From assembly GCA_001643675.2 (NCBI GenBank), contig LSRY02000016.1, positions 186,001 to 250,000 of the forward strand: DNA of 64,000 nt. The letters are read 5' to 3'. The DNA comes from Monocercomonoides exilis PA203 (taxonomy: Eukaryota; Protista; Preaxostyla). Under the pieces are notes generated by a model that saw only the letters and a list, made by a program, of their open reading frames with translations, was not told where the DNA came from and did no database searches. Of this stretch, positions 1-12,000 are shown in pieces. The position numbers were made by a program, and so were the translations under genes. Numbering within the stretch: position 1 is the stretch's first letter; every line of letters starts with the position of its first letter.

Positions 1-1
1 T

Positions 2-3000
2 GATGAATGCAGATCGATCATCGCAGAATTCAAGGGATATGACGAAGAACTGTCACAGCTTCCGAAAACAACAGAAGAGCTGTTTGCACTGAACAATCGT
101 GTGGATGAGCTGATGGGCATTATCCAACAGAGAGAAAGAGACATTGCAATGCTTGGCTCTCGCTACAAGGTTCTCGAGTCCTTCCATTTCCCTCCGTCAC
201 AAGAAGATTCCCAAGTTCGATGGGAATGCTTTGTTGCACCAGCAAAGCTTACAAAGAAGATTCAGGGCCTGCCCCGCATCATCAGATCCCTTCGAGCAGG
301 AATGGTGGCACAGCTGCAGAAGAGTCAGGAGGCGCTGAAGCAAAGGGTGATTGAACTGACAACCTCTGCATCGCACTTTGATCTTGTGGACGACTTCGAC
401 CAGGCAGACACACACGCACAGGAGGCAGCGTTGGTTCTGGCGCAGATCGACGAGGCGCGGAGTCTGGCTGAGAAGTATGCGAACCAGGAGGAGATGCTGA
501 AGCTCCCGCAGCACACACACCCAGAAGCTGATCTGCTGCGAGACACGTTTGAGCCCGTGGCGACACTGTGGAAGGCGATCAGCGAGTGGTCAAAGTGCAC
601 GTTCACTTGGACAAACACCTCCTTCCACGAAATAGACGCATACAACATCGCAGTCACCACAGACAACATTGAGCAGGTTCTGTCGCGTATCATCGCACTC
701 TTTGCAGACGACAAGAAGAAGTCCATTTTGGCTGATCTGGCAATGCAGGTGAAGCAGCAGGTCGATGCCTTCCAGACAAGAATACCAATGGTGCTGAAAA
801 TGTCGAATCCTTCTATTAAGGCACGCCATTGGCAGCTGATTGCAAAGGAAATCCGCAAGCCCATCCAATACGGTGCGCCAGACTTTACTCTGGGGACGAT
901 GCTGGAGATGAAGCTGGAGAAGTACCCGAAGATCCTAACAATCGCAGACAATGCCACAGCCGAGCATGCAATAGAGACAGGACTCGACCGGATGTCATCT
1001 GAGCTGAGCCAGGCATGCTTCTCTGTGGTGCCCTACAAATCCACAGGCACCTTCGTCATCTCGCAGACCCGCGACATCACAATGCTGATCGACGAGCAGC
1101 GGGCAGCTGTGCAGACATTCCTCTCTTCTCCACTGATCGATCAATACGAGTCCCGTGCGCAGAACTGGCTCGCCATCCTCAGCCGCATCAGCGCTACAGT
1201 CGCTGCGTGGGTGCGCTGCCAGAAGCTGTGGCTGTTCTACGCGCCTGTCTTCCAGGGCGCAGACATCGTCCAGCGGAGGCCACACGAAGTGCGAAAGTTC
1301 CAAGCTGTAGACACCGCCTGGCGTAAGCTGATGGCTGTGGCTGCAAACAACCCCCATGTGCTGGCGGTGTGTGGGCCACAGGGAAGGAGCAAAGCATACT
1401 CCACTCTGGTTGAGTGCAACCAGCTGCTGGAGTCGGTGCGGGTGGGGCTGGGGAAGTATTTGGATGGGAAGCGCATTGCCTTCCCTCGGTTGTACTTCCT
1501 CTCAAACGAGGAGCTGCTCGACCTTCTCTCACGCGCACGCGATCCAACAGAGAACGTGCCGCACATTGCAAAAGTGTTCAACAGTGTGTCTTCAGTCGTG
1601 CTGGCGAACAACAAGATTGTGGCGCTATCGTCTCCAGGCAACGAGAGGTTGCAGTTGCAGAATGAGGTTGTTGTGGAAGGGTTTGATGCTGACCAGTGGC
1701 TGCTTTCGGTGCAGTCCTCGATGAGAGCGACACTCAGCATTCAGATCACAACAGCACTCGCAATGATTGGATATGCCATCACGTCTCAGATGCTCTTCCA
1801 GTCAACTGTTTCTTCCTCTTCCTCTTCTTCCTCTTCAGCATCTTCCTCATCAAACACCACTTCATCCACATTCGCCACTTCATCCACCGCACAACCCATG
1901 TTTTCACCTCAGCCTTCACTTCAATCGTCTCCCTTGGAATCATTTCATTCATCTCATTCATTGGCACAAACAGATGCATTACGAGGTGCCCAAGAACAAA
2001 CCAAAAGCAGATACCATATTTCTCCTGCTATTTCTTCTTCCTCATCCACATCTCAGTCTAAACAATCTGATATGCTGCTGACACTTTCTCTTCCACATGC
2101 ACGAAACCTGCCTCCACTTCAAACCCCTTCACATCAGAAAGCACTCAACCCATCCGCCACTCCGTCTTCCTCTTCCTTCGGCTCGTCCACCCCATCTGCT
2201 TTTTCTGCCTTTTCTTCTCTTCCTTCAGCTTCCTCACAAAACACCTTCAACTTACAGATGTCTGCACTTCAGTCTTCCTTCTTTGAAAACTGCATTTCTT
2301 CCAACGGAGTCTTCAACTTCGCCACATTCGCCCGCATTTTTGTGCAGCCCCCCAAAACAAGGAAAGCAAAGAACCATCGAATGAAGTCTCAGACAAGCCT
2401 ATCAAAGCATCAGTCCACACTCAGCGCGATTTCTGAAGTCAGCTCAAACGCTCCTTCAGTCAATCCGTCGCGGTCAGCTTCTCCTCGCCCTGGAAGAGTC
2501 ACTTCGGCTGTTGGCTCTTCTTCGATGGGAAACGACGAAACGCGAAATGGAGAAATAAGCGGAGAGCAAACTCCACATAACACCAGTGGTATATGGAACT
2601 CAGCAACCCAAACACCGTCAAAGGGAATGTCAACACCTCTCAATTCAACACCAAAGGGAAGCACCACACAGAATCAGCAGTCTTCTGCATCTGCCTCTGC
2701 GTCTGCTTCTGCTGCAGCCTCAGCACAACAACAGCAACAGATGCAGCAGCAACAGCAGATGCAGCAAGCACTGACAGATCCGCGTGAATGGTCCACACAA
2801 GTTCTGATTGTCGTTGCGCAAGTGCTGTTCACAGACGTCGTGTCTCGCATCTTCACAGAGAACGAGATAGCACGTGTGTCTGCCCTTTCGCTCGATCTCC
2901 ACCGCTCTGTCGAGGCAGCCATCACAACATTTGGCATTCTCCTGCGCGGCCTGCGGGCAACGGCCACGCCAAGAGACCTACTCCGCATCCAGTCGATGCT

Positions 3001-6000
3001 TCAGCTCTTTCTGCAGATGCGCTCCACACTCAGGCAGATCTGGGCATCTGCTTTCTCCTTCGATAGTGCTGTCTTCGACACACTCTCTGTCAGCGCTGCC
3101 ATCAACAACGGGCCTGTCCACAAACACAGGAAGCACAACCCAGCTGCATCACCTTCACCCAGCTTCTCAATTCCTCCATCCACTTCTACTACTCCCTCTC
3201 CATTCATGCCACTCTCTTCCACTTCGCCATCACCTGCGCCTTCATCCATCCCAACCACTTCATTTACAATACCCACCTCACTCACACCATCCACTTCATC
3301 TATTGCCTCATCATCTTCCATCTCATCCACTTCATCCACATCCTCCTCCTCCTCCTCTTCTTCTTCTGGCAATTCACAACTTGCTCTGATGCATCGACAG
3401 GCAGTGCATTCTCTCCCAACGGCCAGCCGCTCGCATCTTTTCTCCTGTTTATTCCGCTCATCTCCAAACTCACTTCATTCATGGGACTCCACCCCCCAGT
3501 TCTTCTACGACGACAACTTCGGAGTCACCATTCGCATCTTCAACCACTCCATCTGCTACGGAAACGAGTTCCTCGGCATTCAACAGCCGTTCGTGTTCAC
3601 GCCGAGGACACAGCAGGCCTTCGGAACAGCCTTCCTCGCACTACAGAGCACTTTAGCATGGACGCTGATCGGGCCAGCTGGTGTTGGCAAGACAGAAACA
3701 TGCAAAGAGCTCGCGCGGATGACGGGGCAGCCGTTCTCGCTCTTCTCCTGCACATCCACCTCGTCTGTCTCTTCTCTCCTGCGCTTTCTGAGAGGATACG
3801 CCTGCAGCGGGTGCTGGTGCCTGCTGGACGAGGCGCAGTCGCTGGACCCGGCCTCGCTCTCTGTGATAGCCCAGCAGATACAGGAGATACAGTCTGCCTT
3901 CACAAGAGGCCTACAGCGCCTGCTCTTCCAATCAGACGAACTGACTATTGATCCAAATGGAGTGCTGATGATCACCATTGACATCTCTCGCTCCTCTGGC
4001 AGCAATTCGTCATTTCAGTCAGCCGATTCACATTCTGTCAATTCATCCACTTCAGTTGGCCATCGCTTTGCTTCTCTATTTTCTTTACCATCTCGTATTC
4101 CTCTTCTTCCAGTATTCAATGCAGATCACTTGTCCTCTTCCACCATTTCGCCTTCTTTCTCGCACACATTTTCCTCCACCTCGCAGGACACTGCCTCCAT
4201 CCCTGACAACCTGAAGTCTCTCTTCCGCCCGTTTGCGATGGTCGAAGCCGAGTTCAGCTACATCGCTGAGGTGCAGCTGATGTGCCTCGGATTCACCACA
4301 GCGCCTGTCCTGGCAAGGCAGCTGGAGCGGGTCTTTACGCTGAGCTCGACGCTGCTGCAGAGCGAGCAGAATGTTCTGTTCTACGACTTCTCCATCCGAC
4401 TCCTGCAGCAGGTCATCAAACTGGCAGAGTCCATTTTGCATCCGCTAGTCTTCTCGCTGTATGACACGTCGCTTCAGAATGAACTGACAGGAAACAAGTC
4501 GAACGAGGATAACGACGAAGATGACTTCGATGGCCATTCATTTGGCTTTGGTGATGATGTCAACTCTGTCGGCGGAGAAGACAAATCAAAAAGCCGACTG
4601 CCCAAATCCAAAGAACCAGAAAATGGCCAACTCTCGTCCATCTTTTCTGTCACAACCACTCTTTCGCCAACAATTTCTCCGCTTTCCATTCTCGACCTGT
4701 CTGAGACGCGCCCAAAAACAGCAACAGTTGGAGCACCTCTTTTGTCTTCTGCTTTGTCGTTCCCAACTCTTCAGAGCAGTGACTCAGGAACTCTTTCACT
4801 ATCTGACTCACTTACTGGTGATCAGTCTATTTTGTCGCACAACACAGCAAGGGACTTGGAGAAGGAGAAGAACAAGAGACATGCAGAGGCAGAGATGATT
4901 GCAGTGTCTTCTGCGCTTCTTTCGTGTGTTGTGCCTTTCTTAACAGGAAATCACGTATCCACGTTTGGAGCAATTGTGTCGTCGTGCTTTGATGATGACT
5001 CGATGCTGCAGCACGGAGACAGCGAAGAGGAGGTCTCGGTTGTTGTGCCTGATGATAGAAAATCTCCAATTGATCATTCTTCATCTGCTGCACTGGAATC
5101 GAAGTCGCTGCTTTCTCGGGATTCACAAGCGATGCTGGTGAGGCATCAGAATCAGTCTCAGATAATTCAAATGAAACAGACACTCTTTGGGCGCATCGAC
5201 CAGCAGGCGAGCCATCCGAGCATCCCTTCTCTTCTGATGGCACACAAGAACTCATGGTACAACCACTCTCCTTCTACCTCTCTACTCCAATCAATGACTG
5301 CTCTCCAAACAATGTCAGCTGCATCCTTCCAGACTGCATCATCAAGCCTATCTACTCACAGCTCTTCTCTGCATAATTCCATAACAAACTCACCCACATT
5401 CTCTCCACTTATGTCACCTTCGCCATTTGATGATGGATCGTCGCTGGATGTTTCGTCAGATAAAGCAGCCATTTCTCGCAGAGCAGATGCGAAGAAAGAA
5501 AAGCATTCCTCAAATGAAAGAGACACATTCCCAGATTCGCTTTCAATACAATCAAAACGGACAATGCCAGAAACAACAAGGAACAACATCTCTCCTATTG
5601 TAGATGCACGTCTTTCACTCACATCGCTCACTCTGCTGCGGAGTGCTCTCTCCAGCACCATCAAAGAATACCATCTGGCTTCCTGCCCTCAGCTCATCAA
5701 CAAGTGCCTTCAGCTGCACGAGACTATCCAGACACGCACTGGCGTCTTCCTTGTTGGCAGAGCTGGCGTAGGGAAGACAACAATATTGCGTCTGCTTGCA
5801 ACTGCGTGGACTCTTCTGAGCTACGAGCTCCGTTGGGCGCTGTCGAGATCTGCGGATCCAAATAGACTCAAAGCAAAGAAGCTCAGGAAGCAGCGGCTGA
5901 TGCGAGCAAAGTATTCTTTGATGGAGGAAGAGAAAAGGAGAATGGACAGCAGCATGCTAAGTGGCGTCCGTGGCGTTAGAGAGAGGGATAACTTGAGCGA

Positions 6001-9000
6001 TGGAGAAATGAACAGAAATGTTTCGAGAGACGGTGCTGTTCCAAATCGATATGCAGATGCGGGGAATCAGTTGAAGATGATTGGTGGAATGGACACTGTG
6101 CTGGACGATGAAGAAACGGAAAACAAAGAAGCAGAATTACGAAGGAGAAGAATCCGAAGAAAGAGAAGAAAGATGAAGAAGAGAAGAATGAGACAACGAA
6201 GAATGCGGCAGAGAAGAGAAAGAGGTGAAAGTGGCGATGCAACTAATGGGGAGCGCTCATTCGGAGAGGATATGTCGCCAATCAGAGATGACGAAGAGGA
6301 TGAGCTTCTGTTTGAAGACGCAATGGATTCAGAGGCATTTGATGAGTTTGACGATGAAGGTAACAGTTTGAGCGATGATGTGCTGGATGATGACGATGCT
6401 GGCACATTAGATTCATATGACGATGATCTTGACTTTGATCTCGACAGCGAATTAGATTCATTACTTGATGATGCTGATAGCGATGCATTGGATGACAGAC
6501 TGCCAACAAGAGCAAGCGAATACAAACGACTTCGCCAAAATCAGCGGCACACTGGAGCATCACCTTCTTCTTCTTCTTCTTCATATTCATCCCCTTCTGC
6601 TTCAGCTACAACTGCACAGATGGCAACAGTATATGCAGAAAGGAGCAATTCAGGAATCATTCTCAGCCAACCTCAACGGAAAGCAATCAGCATGTGGAAC
6701 AACAGCCTCGCCAGCTCCATCAGTTCTCTTGACGAATATGACAACGAAGAAGAAGACGAAGAAGCGAATGATGACAACATGAATGAAATGGAAGAAATGT
6801 TGGAGGAAGAAGAAATCGCATTCTGGGTTGATGAGATGGCTGGACAGGTGATTTCATACAAAGATTCTGCTCCAAATGCGACAGGTGCTGCATCATCGTC
6901 GCTTCCAGGCCAATTCAGACAGACAGAAAAGGCAAGGCAGCAGTTCGGAAATACTGCCTCCAGCAATCTGTCAGATAACAATATTGACTTTTCCACAGCA
7001 GCTGCAGCAAAGAACATTTTGTTTAACAGACAAGACAGACACCGCCGCATGGCAGCTCGCACCCTGGCAAGGAACAAGGCACGTTCTGATGCATTCACCC
7101 AAGTTTCTGTTCGAGTAGTGTTTCCTTCTGCATTTTCTGAGGCAGATGTGATGGGCCGTGCAGCGGCTGCAACGAATGAATGGAAAGATGGAATCCTTTC
7201 GATGTTTATGAGAGAAAGCTCAATTGGAATAGGAAACGAATCAAATGAACTCAACGGTGCTTCTCTTTTACCATCAGTGTCTTCTTCATCAGCCAGTTCA
7301 TCTTCAGCCTCCGCGGCTGCATCAGTGAAGCCAACCAACCTTGCTGCTCAACAACTTTCAAAGCAAAGCAAAGTACAGCAAAAACACAATGAAAGCAATT
7401 CAGACAAGCACAAAAAAACAGATTCAACAAAAGTTCCTCAGAATCACGAGAAAGACAGTTCTTTGAATGCAGATATGTCGTCAATTGTGGCTGGGCAGAG
7501 CGAGAAAGCGCATTGGATTCTGATTGATTGCTCTCCATCTGATTTCTGGTGGTTGGAGATATTCAATTCAGCCATGGATGGACACCGCACACTGTCTCTT
7601 TCAAGTGGAGAGAGGCTTTTGTTAGCACCCAGCACACGCATCTTGTTCGAATCCGACTGTGTGTCTGCTGCTTCTCCTGCCACTTTATCGCGATGTGGAA
7701 TTGTATTTGTGGACAAAACGGTCACTCCAATCGCATCTCTTGTGAAAGCTTGGCTAATAAGACTCATGGACCGCTACAAATTCCTGAAGACTCCACCTAA
7801 GAATGAAGCGAATGAATCAAGACAAGAAGGACAGTCACTTTCATCATCTTCGTCAGCAGCTACGTTATCTGCTTTAAATGCGCAGTCAGCTCAGCAAGGT
7901 TTGAGATCATCACTCAATTCAGCCCCCAAAACAGGACTTGAACCAGCGTTATCATCAGCCACTGGTGCAATAGCAGCATCTCCTGCTTCAAATTCTCCAG
8001 GTAGCAATTCCAATTCAGAAGACAACATTCCAATTCAAGACGTGTTTGCTTCTCAAATGTCAAAGCTGCTCCGTCCTCTGCTGGCGGCGTATCTTCCACC
8101 TGCTGTTGCATGCATCCATAGAGAGCAGCAGAATGGCTCTTCGCTCATGGCATCTGAGCAGACGTATGTCAGCCGTCTTCTTACGATGCTGGACTGTATG
8201 CTGCCGTGTGTTCTGGAGCAAGCAAAGATCGAAGGAGAGGCTGACATAAAAGAATTTGAAGCAAAACAGACTCTTCAGTTGAACACATTCAAAGCATCAC
8301 TTGATGTTCCGATTGAAGTGAGGAGGAAAGAGATTACAGATGTCGTTGAACAGGCTGCTGCGATGTCGTCTTCTCCAAGTGAAGTTACAGATTCTTCAAC
8401 AACTTTGAACTCTTCACTTACAAATACTTCTTCTGAAAAAAGTTCAGATGAAAACAGCAGTTCAAAAGATGCATCTTCATCTTCGACTGATTCTACAACA
8501 TCAATTAATTCACAGACTGCACAGCCAAATACTTCAGCACCAGAAGCCTTATCTAACTCTTCTTCTGATTCAAATGTTCCGCCTCCATTTGACCCGTTTA
8601 CCACTGCGGCAGCACCGATAAAGCATGTACAGCCTCTTCAAGCATCGTCAAGACCAGCACATCCTCTTTCGATGAATCAGAGAGCAGACACAAACAGATC
8701 AGATACAAGCTCAATTGTGTCACATCGAGGAAAGCACAGTTCTGTTGGCGTTGTGACAGCAGCTGTCAACGTCAATGCTAATGAAAAGCCACACACATAT
8801 CCAACTTGGTGCTTTTCTGGAAAGAGGAGAATGACCATCTCATTCAATGACACTATTTCAGGGGAGAATCTGTCATCAATTGCAACAGCCATTTTCCTTC
8901 GTCGCAGGCAGGATGCTGTGCGGAAAGCGCAGGAAAGAAGAATCCAAAGATTGAAACTGCGAGAATTGAGAGCAGCGCAGACGAAGGCAATTGAAGATGG

Positions 9001-12000
9001 AAACAACTCAGATGGCGGAGATGGTAAAAGGAATGATGGAGAATCACAGAGCCCCGAAGAAAAGAATGGAAGATCGAGAAACAATAGCGATGCTTCTGGA
9101 GAAATTGCAAATAAATCTCCAACAATCTCTCCAAGGACCAGACTAATGATTGACATCAAGTTGAGAGAAGACGGAGAATACCAGCTGGAACAGCGCAGAG
9201 CTTCAATCTCTTCGATTTCTCAGGCAATGACAGGTCTATCTTCAGGATTTGATTCGCTTCCCGAGGTGATACAAATCAAAGAGAAAATTGCAGAAGAGAA
9301 GAAAGAGCGTAGACGAGAGAGACACGAAGCATTCTTTGAGAGGGTTCATGGAGTGTTCTTGTTCTGCCTCTGTTGGGGTGTTGGTGGACCTCTTCCACTC
9401 AGAAGTCGTGTTGCGTTCGAACGAGCACTGCGTTCTGTTCTGGATGAAATGTCATCAGCACCATCGTTGCCCACAGCAAGATCGATTTTTGATCTGAGGT
9501 TCAACATTGCGCTGAATGGATGGGATGATTGGGAATCGGTGGCTAAGCAAGGTGTGGATGCTGTGCTTACACAACCTCTCACAGCACAACCTCCTCCTGT
9601 GCAGTCAGTTTTAGGTATTACAATAGCACACGGGCTTGATCCACCTTTGATGGCACCTCCTTCACCAGCTAATTCATCGGATGTGCTCACTCAAACTAAA
9701 AGCACATCATCGATTCCGCCAACATCCTCCATCTCAAATGGCCCAAGTTCCATTCAGTCATCTTCCTTTGTGTTGCCATCAAAGCCTCAACCTGGCCAAC
9801 TGCACATTAACTCTCGTCTCCAGCCTACTGCGGCTATTGTACGAGCGTTGTACATCATGCGTGTTCTCACTGATGGCATGCGACCATGCCTTGTTGCAGG
9901 ACCTTCTGGAAGTGGAAAGCAGATGCTTTTGGAGCACTTTATCAACTACAATCTGAAAGATGTCGCAACAGCTCCTGGTGCTGCTCTTGCTGGACTTACC
10001 ACTGCTCATAGAGGAGCAGGCGGCGGAACTATGTATCCTTCAACTCGACATGGCCCACAATCGACACTGCGCTCATCTTCAAGAGGGTTTGGCAACTCGT
10101 TTTTGAGATCGTCGACAAGAGCGAGGAATTCATCAACAAAGAATTTTGCTGGAACGGGAGGAGCAGTTTCCTCGTCTTCTTCGCTCGTTGGAACAGGTGG
10201 ACTGCTTAAAGGTGCAAGAGCAGGTCAGACTTCTGTTCGTCATGGGCCATCGTCTTCTCTTGCAACCTCAGAACAATACGCACACAAATTGGGTGGAATG
10301 AAAGGGACAACATCGCGAACATCACTGGAATCTTCGAGAGATGGACGTGGAGGAAATATCCAATCTACGTCTTCTCTTGCATCGCTTGCATCATCCACAA
10401 CAAACCGCAACAAGACACAGGGAAAATTCAATCCGTCAACGCTCGCATCCACACGAGCAACTTCGACAAGAGTTCATTTTGGACCCTCCTCTTCTTCGGT
10501 TTCATCTTCCTTTTCTGCTGCAAATGCATCTAATCGAGCCATTTCTTCTCGAAACAACCGTCGCAATTCTATTTCAACGTTCAGCAATGCAAGCGATCCA
10601 CAGCTCGAAAGCGATGTGGAAGAAGATGAAAATGAGATCCCACCATATTTAGCACAATCAGCTGTGAATGTGACGCTTTCTGCAACAACCACTGCATCCC
10701 ACCTGCGGATGCTGCTGGAGCAAGAACTGACAGTGCGACGAGGATTTGAAATATCTCCTGGTTCCGGAACTCGTTTGCTTGTGTGTGTGAACGATCTTGG
10801 TGCAATCTCAGAGTATCGAATGAGAGAACTGGATGTGAGCTCAATTGTCGATGGAGGAGGTAGCACTGGAGATGCTGATTCAACTCTGCCAATTCATCTT
10901 TTAGGAACATCATCAAAGTCGTTTAGTGGCACAAAGTCAGGCCAGCTTGATGCGAAAAACAATGGACCATTTGAGGGAGGCAATGATTGGGAAGGTACAA
11001 AGCAGGCTCAATATTTGAATGATTTTGAGAGACAACCACCAACTGAGCTGATTCGGATGTGGCTGAATGAAGGCGGATGGAACGATCTTGATCCAATCAC
11101 ACTTGGATCGCCAATGAGAATTGCAGATACAGTGCTGCTGTCATCATTGAACTACGACTTTACAGCAGATCAGCCTCTTTCTCCTGTCCCTATTTCAGAA
11201 AGGCTTCTCCGCCACTTCTTTGCGATCACTTTGCCTGATTTGGATGATGCCACACTCAAAAATATATTCACTTTAGCTATTTCACCGTTTGGATCCGGAT
11301 ATCGTGTGAATGCTCAAGCTATTTTGAATGCTATTGTTACTGGAACAATTCAAATGTATCGATTTGTGAAGAGAGCGTTCATCAACAGAAGGCAAGGCAT
11401 CGTTTATTCTTCTTCTCAGTCGTCGTCTTCTGCAGCAGGTATTGCTCCACACATTCCAATATTTTTCAATGCAAAGGCAATTGCTGCAGTCCTCGAAGGA
11501 GTTGTCTCCTGTGAAGATAATGGAATCACAAAGATTGTCGAGTTAGGAGTCAACCGCGAAACAACAAAGGAGCTAATGTCAGTCGGACAACAAATGCAGC
11601 ACAATCGATCGTCCTCGTCAATCCTTTCGACTTCTTCTCGGAGAAATTCAGAAGGAACAGGAAGAGAAGCAACAGCAGAAAAGAAAGCTGATGAGATTCC
11701 ATTTGCATTGACTGTGACTGCGTCTAATTCAGACTCGGCTGCGCCAACATCATCCTCAAAAACAGAAAACGCAACTACTCAACAAAATTCAAGCACTTCT
11801 CAAAACAGCAAAGAACTGAGCACTAACTCATCTTCAGAGATGCTTGCTACACTTTCTGTAACTCCACATCTCACGCAGGCTCCCTCAGCAAATGCAGTTA
11901 CACCCTCCACCACACCACAAGGAGTGGTGGATGCACCTGATGTGATTGTGAAGTTGTGGCATCATGAAGTGCAGCGTGTCTTTGGCGATGCTCTCACAAC

